Positions 52,736-62,534 are shown, counted from the first letter of the stretch. The stretch is 64,000 nucleotides of DNA from an uncultured Verrucomicrobiae bacterium (GCA_963804425.1 CAWDQF010000007.1:1028457-1092456), one strand, 5' to 3'. The notes: a model not told the origin generated them from the sequence alone. Translations and numbers: made by a program.

Positions 52736-54124
52736 TCATACCAAAAACAAAAGCGCCAGCCCGAACACCACGGCGCCAACAAAGAACGACATCACGGTGA
52801 ATCCCATCACCCGGCGCAGACTGATGCCCGCGATGGCGAGCACCGGAAGTGCCCAAAACGGTTGGATCATGTTTGCGACTTGTTCACCCATAGCGACAGC
52901 CATAGCAGTCGCTGCTTGCGAGGCGTGTAAATCGACCGCGGCTTTCACGGTGAAGGTACCTTGAACAGCCCAGTGCCCGCCGCCACTCGGAATGAAGAGA
53001 CTGATGATGATAGAAGCAATGTAGTTCCAGAAAGGAAGCGTGTGGGCAGAGGAAAAACTGACAAACGCCTTCGCAATCACATCCGCTAATCCGGTCCCTT
53101 TCATGATTCCCATGATTCCGCCGTAAAGTGGGTATTGCAGAATTAATGGACCGGTTACGCGGGCCGCTTGATTGACGGCGCGGACGTAATTGATCGGAGT
53201 CCAGTGCAGAAGCAACCCAGCCAACAAGAAGAGAAATATCACCGAATTGATATCGAGCGTCGGACCGGTTTTTGACCAATTCACAGTCAGGGCAGCAATT
53301 CCCGCTGCGACTAGAATCAAATTCAGGATCCAAGCGTGCTCCAAGTGCCGTGCAATAGTCCGACTCTCCTCTTTGGGCGCCGCAATATTATCTTCTGCCA
53401 TCAGCCGCTCGGCGTCCGCCGCTACGGTGTCTCTTTCCGTAGGTTGAATCGCGCAATAAAGCAGCGGCAGAAGAACGAGGAGGGCGACTAAAGGAACCCA
53501 ATTGAATGGGGCAAAGAGCATGTCACCAAGCGGGATCACTTGACCGGTCACTTTTTGCACGAGATTCAAGGCCGAGCCGGGAGTCGCCTGCGCTAAAGCA
53601 ATCGAACTGGAGAATCCGCTTGCCCAAATGATCCATCCCGTATAGGCGCCGGCGACCAGCCAACCAAAGTCGATGCGCATTCGCTTGGCTATTTCGCGGG
53701 AAAGCAGGCCGGCGACGACCAGACCGCAGCCCCAGTTTAAGAAACTGGTGACCATCACTGCCACAATCGTTAAGACAATTGCGGCGCTGCGACCTTTGGG
53801 ACGGGACGCCAGCCAGTCCAGAAACCGGCGCACCGGAGAAGAGTTGGAGAGCGCATACCCGGTCACCAAAATCAAGACCATTTGGAAAGCGAAGGCGAGT
53901 ATCTCAAACAAACCGGTGTACCATCCGCCGAGTATCTCCGGGGGCGAGCCCTTCGGTCCGAGGGCTGCTGCCAGCAGAGCCGTCACGATAGTGAGGACGA
54001 CTGCAAAAATATAGGGATCGGGCGTTATCCGCTCGAATACGTACACAAAGAAGGCAGTGATTCGGTTCAGGACGTTTCTTTCCTGAGTCGATCCGGACGG
54101 GGAAACAACGGGAGCATCAGGCAT
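52736..54124 (-). CDS. atoE: Short-chain fatty acid transporter (AtoE family)
   Basis: PDPYIFAVVLT, MVLILVTGYAL, PSGGGHWAVQG and GEQVANMIQPFWALPVLAIAG closely follow E. coli AtoE as I remember it. Confidence 0.85.
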   Translation of the reverse strand: MPDAPVVSPSGSTQERNVLNRITAFFVYVFERITPDPYIFAVVLTIVTALLAAALGPKGSPPEILGGWYTGLFEILAFAFQMVLILVTGYALSNSSPVRRFLDWLASRPKGRSAAIVLTIVAVMVTSFLNWGCGLVVAGLLSREIAKRMRIDFGWLVAGAYTGWIIWASGFSSSIALAQATPGSALNLVQKVTGQVIPLGDMLFAPFNWVPLVALLVLLPLLYCAIQPTERDTVAADAERLMAEDNIAAPKEESRTIARHLEHAWILNLILVAAGIAALTVNWSKTGPTLDINSVIFLFLLAGLLLHWTPINYVRAVNQAARVTGPLILQYPLYGGIMGIMKGTGLADVIAKAFVSFSSAHTLPFWNYIASIIISLFIPSGGGHWAVQGTFTVKAAVDLHASQAATAMAVAMGEQVANMIQPFWALPVLAIAGISLRRVMGFTVMSFFVGAVVFGLALLFLV

Positions 54125-54284
54125 AGAAAAGCCGGAGACTAAGTGAAAACTGATTCCGAGGCGATCCTAAACGGGCCCCGAAGATTTTTCCGCAACAGAG
54201 TGCTGAGACTGCGTCAACCAGTAAAGGATGCAACCGAGCTAACCCGAACGCTCAAAGCGCCTTGAAAAGAAAGAGAGATCGAAC

Positions 54285-54608
54285 ATGAACTCCTACATTA
54301 ACTTGATATTAGATGTCGAAGGCGCGAAAGAGCGGCTCCGCAGCATGTTCCAAGCGGATTCTAAGCGGGAAATAGATAGTCAGTCGTTGGTCAATCCCGC
54401 CTTGGACCTGCAAAAGCACAGATCAATCCGTGTATTCAAACAATTGATCAAACCAGTCATTCCTGGGCCAGAAGTGATTGGTCATTGGGTCAGAGAACCC
54501 TGGTTGGCGGCTCAGCGCGGGTAATCGGCCCATCGAAGCGCGTATCCGGATTGTCAGGGATTCCATTTCCCAAACGGCGTGTTCACTCTTGCTCGACGGC
54601 ACGCTTGA
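54285..54608 (+). pseudogene. Decayed paralog of small ORF 54919..55227 (in-frame TAA at 54522)
   Basis: The N-terminus MNSYINLILDVEGAKERLRSMF matches MNPYISLMLDAKGARGRLQNMF. After the TAA the same frame continues to QGFHFPNGVFTLARRHA-stop, matching QGFHYQNGVLVLGRRER-stop. The middle has lost the hydrophobic segments. Confidence 0.6.
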
Positions 54609-54774
54609 TGTCAATCCCGAGGCATGCGGCTAGCCGCCGATGAGTCACGGGAGAACCCGAGAGCTCAAAGCCGGGGATAGCCTTTGCGTCCGACCGAGAA
54701 CGCGAAATCACGCGTCAGCAGATTGTCTGCAATAAATTGCCTTATTTAGAGTGAGTTATACGATTTCTCCCCAA

Positions 54775-54795
54775 ATTGTAAACAATATTGTTGAC
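54775..54795 (+). promoter_or_regulatory. Duplicated copy of the GntR-type operator/promoter box (TTGTAAACAATATTGTTGACA)
   Basis: Nearly identical to 55389..55410 (TTGTAAACATATATTGTTGACA). Both are followed 16 nt later by TTTCTTG. Confidence 0.55.
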
Positions 54796-54811
54796 ACTCC
54801 GCTTTTTGGTG

Positions 54812-54870
54812 ATTTCTTGTCCGGGTAAAAATAAGCCCGTTCCAAGAGCATTGAATCTCAGAAAACCCCG
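54812..54870 (+). other. Remnant of the gntR-type regulator 5' end (duplication scar)
   Basis: TTTCTTGT...AGCCCGTTCCAAGAGCATTGAATCTCAGAAAACCCCGG aligns with 55428..55490 (TTTCTTGT...AGCCCTTTCCCAGAACAGTGAATCTCGGACCCCGCG). Confidence 0.5.
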
Positions 54871-54918
54871 GTCAGTCCGAAACGATGTTCAAAAGCTCTG
54901 AAGGGGCAGGACCGAATT

Positions 54919-55227
54919 ATGAATCCTTATATCAGCTTGATGTTAGATGCTAAGGGTGCGAGGGGACGGCTTCAGAACATGTTCGAGACAGGCGCTGAAC
55001 GCGAGGCGGGTAATCAACGACTGGTTGCCACCGAAGCGAGTATTCGGCTCGTCAGTTTTGCTCTGATAATCCTTGGCGTGGTTAAGGCTGCGTTCAGCGA
55101 ACACCCCTTGTTTTGGCTAGCGATCTGGCCAGCTCCCATCGTGCTGATTTCGACGATTACTGTTTTCCTCCGGCAGGGCTTCCACTACCAGAATGGCGTG
55201 TTGGTGCTTGGTCGACGCGAGCGTTGA
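54919..55227 (+). CDS. Small hypothetical membrane protein (102 aa, two hydrophobic segments)
   Basis: ATG start. IRLVSFALIILGVVKAAF and LFWLAIWPAPIVLISTITVFL look like TM helices. It has a decayed paralog upstream. Confidence 0.5.
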   Translation: MNPYISLMLDAKGARGRLQNMFETGAEREAGNQRLVATEASIRLVSFALIILGVVKAAFSEHPLFWLAIWPAPIVLISTITVFLRQGFHYQNGVLVLGRRER

Positions 55228-55368
55228 ATTCGGTGGGTGGATTCCGCCGCTGGCACCGATTGAGAGGAAGTCCGACCCGGCACTCAGGTTTCGTTCATTT
55301 TCTTGCCTTTTTGCACGCGTGCCAAGATCTCTAAAGAAAAGTCTACATTTAATTGACTTATTATAAGT

Positions 55369-55424
55369 AGTTTACAAATAAATACCATTTGTAAACATAT
55401 ATTGTTGACAATACTGTTTACAAT
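55369..55424 (+). promoter_or_regulatory. Three GntR/FadR-type operator palindromes plus a TTGACA box upstream of the regulator gene
   Basis: AGTTTACAAA (55369..55378), TTTGTAAACA (55388..55397) and CTGTTTACAA (55414..55423), each a TTGT-AA-ACAA type inverted repeat. TTGACA is at 55405..55410. Confidence 0.55.
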
Positions 55425-55442
55425 GGTTTCTTGTTTAGCGAA

Positions 55443-56135
55443 ATGATCGTAGCCCTTTCCCAGAACAGTGAATCTCGGACCCCGCGTTCTCGTGCTGTCG
55501 ACGTGGAGCGCACCGTCGCCCAATGGATTTTCAAAGGCGAATTAACGGCCGGTCAAAAGCTCACCGAACAAGAAGTGGCGCTGCGCCTCGGGGTTAGCCG
55601 TGGTCCCGTTAGAGAAGCCTTTCGCGCCCTGGAAGATCTTGGTCTGGTCCAAATCGAAAAGAATCGCGGAGCCTTCGTGCGCAAGATCGATTTGGACGAG
55701 GCGGTTGAAATCCATGATGTCTACTCCGCATTGGAGGAACTTGCGGCGCGGAATGCAGCTCGCCGGCTTTCCGGCACACAAATCGCCGAACTGAAGTCCT
55801 TGGTGGAATCGATGGACGCCGCGGCGGAAGCCGAAGATCTCGATCGATATTATTCTCTCAATCTCAGTTTTCACCAGTGCTTGGTGGAGGGCAGCGGCAA
55901 CGGAAAACTCTTGAGCATTTATAATCGTCTGCTCAACGAACTTCATCTCTTTCGGCGCTTTGGCCTCATGCAGCGAGGCGAAATGCAGCGCTCCAATCAC
56001 GAGCATCATCAGATTCTCGACAGGATCGCCACGGGTGACCCGGAGGGGGCGGCGGCGGCGATGCGAACTCACACCAGCGAACGCCGGCGCAAGATGTTGT
56101 TAGGGTCCGAGAAATTCGATCCCAAATCACATTGA
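55443..56135 (+). CDS. GntR-family transcriptional regulator with an FCD (FadR C-terminal) domain
   Basis: wHTH: LTEQEVALRLGVSRGPVREAFRALEDLGLV. FCD-like His pattern (FHQCLVE...HEHHQIL). Start at ATG 55443. Confidence 0.88.
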   Translation: MIVALSQNSESRTPRSRAVDVERTVAQWIFKGELTAGQKLTEQEVALRLGVSRGPVREAFRALEDLGLVQIEKNRGAFVRKIDLDEAVEIHDVYSALEELAARNAARRLSGTQIAELKSLVESMDAAAEAEDLDRYYSLNLSFHQCLVEGSGNGKLLSIYNRLLNELHLFRRFGLMQRGEMQRSNHEHHQILDRIATGDPEGAAAAMRTHTSERRRKMLLGSEKFDPKSH

Positions 56136-56186
56136 TTAATCAGCGGTCGGCGGGCCATTCCGGCGATCCCGGCTGCAGAGTATGGA

Positions 56187-57221
56187 ATGAAAAAACGCAG
56201 ACAGAAAAAGGGAAACATCCAGAACGGATTCATTGTCGCTCTGCTTTGCTCGGTCGCGTTTGCCTTTCTCTTCCCCAGTCCCGGCGCAAAAGGAGGCTGG
56301 ATGCATCCGGATCTTTTGAACAACGCGGGGATCGCCTTGATTCTCTTTTTGCAGGGACTGGCGATGGCGATCGAACGAATGAAGACTGGTGCCGGTAACT
56401 GGCGTCTCCACCTCATCATTCAAAGTTTTACCTTCCTCCTATTCCCGGTCGTTGGTTTAGGATTCCACGAGATCACCCGCATCATCTGGCCTTCCGAACC
56501 GAGTGCGCTGCGGGACGGCTTTCTGTATCTATGCGTATTACCTTCGACGGTTTCGACATCGGTAGTTCTGACGGCGGTAGCTCGAGGCAATACGTCCGGC
56601 GCTATCTTTAATGCCGCACTCTCAAACATTTTGGGAGTCATGTTTACTCCGCTACTCGTGCGACTATTGATGCAGGCGAGCGGCCAAGTCAGTTCGTTTG
56701 GCCCACTGCTGTTGAAGATCACTTTGCTGACTCTGGTGCCATTCGCACTCGGCATGGGAATCAGGCCTTTTCTTCGGAAATGGGTCGATGCCGGCCGACC
56801 CATCCTGAACATCCTCAGCAACGGTGTAATCTTGTTTATCGTCTATACGGCCTTCTGTGATTCCGTCGAGGGAAGAATCTGGGAGCACTACGGCATGGGA
56901 CTCACGGTTAAAGTACTGGCAGGCGTTATCGCGCTGTTCACTACCGTTTCGTTGTTGGTTTGGGCGATTTCCAGCGCCGCGAGATTGGACCGAGACGATT
57001 TCATTGCCGCCCTGTTTTGTTCCGTTAAGAAGACGTTAGCGATGGGTGTTCCGCTGGCCCAACTCATTTTCGGGGCCAAGGCGAACCTGGGACTAATCCT
57101 GTTGCCCATCATGTTTTATCACCCGTTCCAACTGTTCGTTTGCGGCTGGCTCGCAAATCATTTTTCGGTTCAGAAACGCGAGAACTTGGTAGGTGAGACA
57201 TCTCCAGTTGGCCAAATCTAA
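56187..57221 (+). CDS. Bile acid:sodium symporter (BASS/YfeH-like) family transporter
   Basis: 344-aa polytopic protein. LILFLQGLAM...LCVLPSTVSTSVVLT is the pattern of the BASS family. Confidence 0.8.
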   Translation: MKKRRQKKGNIQNGFIVALLCSVAFAFLFPSPGAKGGWMHPDLLNNAGIALILFLQGLAMAIERMKTGAGNWRLHLIIQSFTFLLFPVVGLGFHEITRIIWPSEPSALRDGFLYLCVLPSTVSTSVVLTAVARGNTSGAIFNAALSNILGVMFTPLLVRLLMQASGQVSSFGPLLLKITLLTLVPFALGMGIRPFLRKWVDAGRPILNILSNGVILFIVYTAFCDSVEGRIWEHYGMGLTVKVLAGVIALFTTVSLLVWAISSAARLDRDDFIAALFCSVKKTLAMGVPLAQLIFGAKANLGLILLPIMFYHPFQLFVCGWLANHFSVQKRENLVGETSPVGQI

Positions 57222-57247
57222 CAATGTTGCTAACCCACTAAAAGACT

Positions 57248-60200
57248 ATGTGGATCGTAAAAATCGCTCTCAAAGCTCCTTACACCTTTGCCGTCCTCGC
57301 GATCCTCCTAATGATAGGAGGAGCGCTCAGCGCACTGCAGATGCCGAAGGATATTTTCCCGGCAATTAACATCCCGGTCGTCGGTGTCATTTGGACGTTC
57401 AACGGTATGCCCGCCCAGGAAATGGAACGTCGAATAACGACTGTTTCCGAGCGGGCATTGACCACTACGGTCAATAATATTGAGCATATCGAATCTAACT
57501 CTTTCAATGGAATCGATGTGATCAAGGTATACCTGCAGCCGGGCGCCAGTGTGGATGCCGCTATCGCTGAAACTACGGCGGCGTGTCAGGCGATTCTTAA
57601 AACGCTGCCATCAGGTATCACTCCACCGAATGTGCTCAGCTACAACGCGGCCAATGTACCGGTGTTGCAGCTCAGTGTGGGCGGAGGGAAGTTTTCCGAG
57701 CAAGAACTTTACGACTTTGCTACCAATTTCATTCGCACCCAGCTCGCGACCGTACAAGGTGCATCCATTCCCCTGCCTTATGGCGGCAAAACCCGAGCTG
57801 TATCGGTGGACCTGGATCCCAACAAGTTGCAGGCTCATAACATCTCACCGCAAGATGTTACCAACGCCATCAATCAGCAAAGCGTAATATTACCATCCGG
57901 TACAGCGAAGATCGGTAAACGCGAGTACGATGTGCTGTTTAATAGTAATACCAACACGATCCAGGCGTTGAATGATTTACCGATCAAAGAGGTGAACGGC
58001 GCGACGATCTATATTCGGGATGTAGCCAACGTTCGCGACGGCTACACACCGCAGGTGAATATGGTGCTCGCTAACGGCATTAAGGCCGCGCTCTTACCGG
58101 TGCTGAAGAGTGGAAGCGCCTCAACCCTCGATGTGGTGTCGAAGGTAAAGGCGGCGTTACCTGGGATCGCCGCTACTTTGCCTAAGGAATTGGAGATCAA
58201 GCCACTGTTTGATCAGTCGGTTTTTGTGAGTACGGCGCTCGCCGACGTAGGACAAGAAGCGGTTATTGCCGCGTCGTTGACCGCCGCAATGATCCTCTTG
58301 TTTCTGGGCTCGTGGCGAAGCACCGTTGTGGTAGCCACCTCGATCCCACTTTCAATCTGTTGCTCGATACTAGCTCTTCATGCGTTGGGCCAAACCCTGA
58401 ACATCATGACCTTAGGCGGTCTGGCCTTAGCCGTGGGGATCCTCGTCGATGACGCGACTGTCACAATCGAGAATATCCATCGCAATTTGGCCATGGGAAA
58501 ATCGTTAGTCGATGGAATCCTGGACGGCGCCGATCAGATCGCTACGCCAGCCTTCGTTGCCACCCTTTCTATCTGCATCGTCTTTGTTCCTATCTTTTTG
58601 TTAGGAGGAGTTGCCTACTACCTCTTTTCGCCACTGGCCATGGCAGTAGTGTTTGCCATGCTGGCATCCTACATCTTGTCGCGAACGGTGGTGCCGACGA
58701 TGGTGAATTTGTTGCTCCAAAACGCGCACCACACCGAGAACACTGACCAAAGTAAATCGAGTCGCCGAAATTGGTTTGTTCGCTTCCATGAAAAATTTAA
58801 TCAGAGGTTCGAGAAGGTGCGGAACTTGTATGTCGCTAGATTGGAGTGGGCACTTAACCATGCCCGCGTGGTTGTGGGAGTTAGTCTGGGAGTCGTCGGG
58901 CTCTCCCTGGTTATCCTGGTGCCATTCCTCGGTGAGGATTTCTTCCCGTTGGTTGATGCGGGTCAATTTCGGTTGCATGTGCGGGCGCCAGTCGGCACTC
59001 GGATCGAGGAGACTCAGCATGTTTTTACGCAGGTGGAAAATGTCATCCGAAGTGTCATCCCGAAGGATGAGATTGATCTTGTGCTCGCTAACATTGGTCT
59101 GCCGATGAATCTAAATCTCGCTTTGAGCGACACGGCCACGATCAGTTCAGCCGATGGAGAGATCCTGGTCTCGCTCAACCAGCAGAAGCATGGTCCGACC
59201 TGGGATTATGTAAAAAAGATTCGTCAGGAACTGATAGCTAAATACCCGGATTATACGTTTTTCGTGCAGCCCTCGGATATTGTTGGCCAAATTCTTAATG
59301 CTGGGCTCCCGGCACCGATCGATGTCCAAGTGGTCGGTGGCGACCAAGAGAAGAACTACCAGATCGCACAGCAGCTCCGGCAACAGATGGCGCTGATTCC
59401 TGGAGCGGTGGACGTGAACGTTCACCAGATTGTTAATAATCCATCCTTGTTGGTGGACATTGACCGAACTCGAGCGGATCAACTGAACCTCACAGAAAAG
59501 CAAATTGCCGATGATCTATTGGTTTCGTTAAGCGGTAGCGCACAAACGGCTCCGAACTTCTGGTTGAACCCTCAGAATGGAGTGAGTTACAGCATAGCGG
59601 TTCAAACGCCGCAGTACGTGATCGACTCTGCCGCTGATATCTATCGGACTCCTATCGGGACGACTAACGGCGCTCAACCGCAACTCTTGAGTAATGTTGC
59701 TTCCATCCATAATACCGCTACCCCGGTCGTCGTAAGCCATTACAATGTGCAACGCGTCTTCGACGTCTACGCGAATACCCAAAACCGAGACTTAGGAGGG
59801 GTGGCGCAACAAGTTCAAAAAATCGTCGACCAAATGAAACCGCAGCTACCGCGCGGTACCACGCTGGCGGTTCGTGGTCAGATTCAGAGCATGAACGCTT
59901 CTTACGTCGGATTGGGAGTTGGTATTGCTTTTGCAGTACTGCTGGTCTACTTCCTTTTGGTAGTTAACTTTCAGAGCTGGCTCGATCCTTTTATCATCAT
60001 TACTGCGCTTCCTGGCGCGCTTACCGGGATCGTCTGGATGCTGTTTCTCACCGGCACAACCATTAGCGTGCCGGCGCTGATGGGAACGATCATGTGTATT
60101 GGTGTCGCGACAGCCAATAGCATTCTGGTGGTGACCTTCGCAAATGATCAGCTTCGGGAAGGTAAAGATGCCTTCTCGGCAGCTAAAGATGCCGGATTCA

Positions 60201-60466
60201 CGCGTCTGCGACCCGTGATCATGACCGCGCTGGCAATGATCCTCGGTATGTTGCCAATGTCACTTGGATTGGGATCCGGTGGAGAGCAAAACGCCCCGCT
60301 TGGACGCGCTGTGATAGGAGGACTGACCATAGCGTCACTTTTCACTCTGTTCTTCGTGCCGGTTGTTTACAAATTGTTGAAGCGGAAGTTCAAACCGCTC
60401 GCCCTACATCCGCGCCTGCGCTCCAGGCCAGAGGAGGAAAGTCACGCGCCAGTGCCGGCTGCATAG
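57248..60466 (+). CDS. RND efflux transporter permease (AcrB/HAE family)
   Basis: 1072 aa with 12-TM architecture. LGGLALAVGILVDDATVTIENI and ANSILVVTFAN are typical RND strings. Confidence 0.93.
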   Translation: MWIVKIALKAPYTFAVLAILLMIGGALSALQMPKDIFPAINIPVVGVIWTFNGMPAQEMERRITTVSERALTTTVNNIEHIESNSFNGIDVIKVYLQPGASVDAAIAETTAACQAILKTLPSGITPPNVLSYNAANVPVLQLSVGGGKFSEQELYDFATNFIRTQLATVQGASIPLPYGGKTRAVSVDLDPNKLQAHNISPQDVTNAINQQSVILPSGTAKIGKREYDVLFNSNTNTIQALNDLPIKEVNGATIYIRDVANVRDGYTPQVNMVLANGIKAALLPVLKSGSASTLDVVSKVKAALPGIAATLPKELEIKPLFDQSVFVSTALADVGQEAVIAASLTAAMILLFLGSWRSTVVVATSIPLSICCSILALHALGQTLNIMTLGGLALAVGILVDDATVTIENIHRNLAMGKSLVDGILDGADQIATPAFVATLSICIVFVPIFLLGGVAYYLFSPLAMAVVFAMLASYILSRTVVPTMVNLLLQNAHHTENTDQSKSSRRNWFVRFHEKFNQRFEKVRNLYVARLEWALNHARVVVGVSLGVVGLSLVILVPFLGEDFFPLVDAGQFRLHVRAPVGTRIEETQHVFTQVENVIRSVIPKDEIDLVLANIGLPMNLNLALSDTATISSADGEILVSLNQQKHGPTWDYVKKIRQELIAKYPDYTFFVQPSDIVGQILNAGLPAPIDVQVVGGDQEKNYQIAQQLRQQMALIPGAVDVNVHQIVNNPSLLVDIDRTRADQLNLTEKQIADDLLVSLSGSAQTAPNFWLNPQNGVSYSIAVQTPQYVIDSAADIYRTPIGTTNGAQPQLLSNVASIHNTATPVVVSHYNVQRVFDVYANTQNRDLGGVAQQVQKIVDQMKPQLPRGTTLAVRGQIQSMNASYVGLGVGIAFAVLLVYFLLVVNFQSWLDPFIIITALPGALTGIVWMLFLTGTTISVPALMGTIMCIGVATANSILVVTFANDQLREGKDAFSAAKDAGFTRLRPVIMTALAMILGMLPMSLGLGSGGEQNAPLGRAVIGGLTIASLFTLFFVPVVYKLLKRKFKPLALHPRLRSRPEEESHAPVPAA

Positions 60467-60518
60467 GAGAAGTATCCGCCGAATCTCTTGATCTTTAGCC
60501 CACAAAGGCAAACCCATT

Positions 60519-61760
60519 ATGAGCGAAAATCATGAACGTGGTACCCCGACGGTGCCCAAACCGATGACCGAAGGACCAGAGAGGCAACGCTCGGGTCGCA
60601 CCCGGCGTCCTCGTTTTATGCGGAAGACGCTAATAGCAATAACCGCACTGATTGCGATTGGTGCTGGTGTCTATTTTCTGACCATCTATCCGCGAATTCA
60701 GAATAACCAAGCACTCAATGCTGCAGCCGCGGCAGCAGGAAAAAGAGCGGTAACGGTAGTAGAACCTACGCAGACATCGAGTGCACCCGACCTGGTGCTT
60801 CCTGGCAATATGCAGGCGAATCAGCAGACATCTATCTATGCCAGAGTCGATGGCTATATCGCGCGGTGGTACGTCGATATCGGCGCACACGTAGAGCAAG
60901 GCCAAGTGCTGGCTGATATTGATGCCCCTCAGATTGATGCAAATCTGCGCATGGCCCAAGCCCAGCTAGAACTGGCAGAAGCTAATCTCAAGTTGGCTCA
61001 AACCAATTCAGTGCGTTCGCAACAGCTCTTCCAAAACCATGTCAATTCCCAGCAGGAACTCGACACGGTTCTGGCGACTGAGCAAGTCCAAAAAGCGACT
61101 CGGGACAACGCGGCTGCAGCGCTCAAGAGCGCACAGGATATGAAGGCGTTTGAACAAATTCGCGCGCCGTTCGCCGGAACGATCACCGCGCGGTTCATAG
61201 ATGTTGGATCTTTGGTTACATCAGGCAGTGTCACGACCGTCCATACGCTTTTTGACCTCGTTCAATCTGATCCGGTTCGCGTGTTGGTGCATGTCCCACA
61301 GGCGGATATCAGCAGCGTGAGACCTGGCACACCGGCCACCATCACTGTCGATGAATATCCTAACGAGACATTTGCTGGAAAGATTGCCAGAGACGCCGGA
61401 GCATTCGATCCAACTTCGCGGACGCTCCTATTGGAGATTGACGTTCCCAATCCGGATGGTCGGCTGTTTGCCGGCATGTACGCCCACGCCAAATTCTCAC
61501 TGCCGAGCCCGACGGCGGCCCTATTGATACCGGATAACGCAATTCTGATCGACGCGAAAGGACCGCGCGTCGTGGTCGTCGATTCCCCTAACAAAATCCA
61601 TATCAAACCGGTTAAATTGGGCCGCGACTTTGGTACCAAGACAGAGATTCTCAGTGGACTCGATGCCCAGGACCGGGTGGTACAGAACCCGGCTGACGAT
61701 TTACATGAAGGGATGCCTGTATCGATCCAGAGCACGACGCAAGGCGAGCCTGCTAGTTAG
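60519..61760 (+). CDS. RND efflux periplasmic adaptor (membrane fusion protein)
   Basis: TM anchor, lipoyl/hairpin pattern (VDGYIARWYVDIGAHVEQGQVLADID...IRAPFAGTITAR) and a beta-barrel tail. Confidence 0.9.
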   Translation: MSENHERGTPTVPKPMTEGPERQRSGRTRRPRFMRKTLIAITALIAIGAGVYFLTIYPRIQNNQALNAAAAAAGKRAVTVVEPTQTSSAPDLVLPGNMQANQQTSIYARVDGYIARWYVDIGAHVEQGQVLADIDAPQIDANLRMAQAQLELAEANLKLAQTNSVRSQQLFQNHVNSQQELDTVLATEQVQKATRDNAAAALKSAQDMKAFEQIRAPFAGTITARFIDVGSLVTSGSVTTVHTLFDLVQSDPVRVLVHVPQADISSVRPGTPATITVDEYPNETFAGKIARDAGAFDPTSRTLLLEIDVPNPDGRLFAGMYAHAKFSLPSPTAALLIPDNAILIDAKGPRVVVVDSPNKIHIKPVKLGRDFGTKTEILSGLDAQDRVVQNPADDLHEGMPVSIQSTTQGEPAS

Positions 61761-61884
61761 CTCATAGGCAAGCGTGTTGTTGAATGAACAATAGACCTGG
61801 GTCGGGGCAACCAGCTTCTTTAGTCGCGAAAGCTGAGCTTGAACTTATCACCGACTAATACCCCAGAAACAAAGGAAACTGCCA

Positions 61885-62432
61885 ATGAAAGTTAGCACTC
61901 TTGATGATGATCGTCGGGGTCTTTCCCGGCGCCAACTCTTAAGCCTTGCCACTCTCACCAGCGCTGGATTGGCTGCGGCATCGGTGGGTGTTGTCGAAAC
62001 CAAAGCCGATCCGCAGCCAGGAGAGCACGCTGACCGGTGCGACCATGCTGCTCAAGCCCGGAGCGCTGCGTGAAATGCATTGGCATTCAAATGCCGACGA
62101 TTGGCAGTTCTATCTTTCGGGCCGAGCTCGCATCACCCTATTCGGAGCGCATGGCCGAACCAAGACGGAGACGTTTGATCCGGGTGAGGTCGCTTTTATC
62201 GAACAAGGCTTTGGCCACTTTGTTGAGCAGGTTGGAGATGAGCCAACTAAGTTGCTCATTTTATTTAAGTCGCCGGTTTACGAGGAGATCAACCTTTCCA
62301 CCTGGCTGGTGGCCAATGCGCTGGGGCATCATCGCTGACAACGTCGGCATCAGCCGAGAACTGGCCGATAGATTGCCTAAAAAGAGTATCGTAATCGCAG
62401 CCCCTCAAGCCGGCTTATCCTCATCTGCCTAA
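61885..62432 (+). pseudogene. Cupin (oxalate decarboxylase/oxidase-like) gene with a Tat signal, broken by two frameshifts
   Basis: Frame 1 carries RRGLSRRQLLSLATLTSAGLAAAS (twin-arginine signal). Frame 2 carries GATMLLKPGALREMHWHSNADDWQFYLSGRARITLF...GFGHFVEQVGDEP (cupin motifs). Frame 3 carries IIADNVGISRELADRLPKKS (family C-terminal tail). Confidence 0.65.
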
Positions 62433-62534
62433 CGAATGGATCCCTACTGCTTAAACTCGGGTTTGTCGCAGCCAACCAATGACTCTTGCTGGCCGCAACG
62501 AGCGCGACGTTTCGGTTTTTGCGTGATTTGCGGG

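Noticed and set aside
52603-52964. Small plus-strand ORFs after the SDR gene (52603..52800, 52685..52930 and 52728..52964).
   Set aside because: They overlap the well-supported atoE gene on the opposite strand, and their composition is basic and low-complexity.
55542-56072. 176-aa minus-strand ORF.
   Set aside because: It is antisense to the GntR-FCD regulator, which has a clear wHTH motif.
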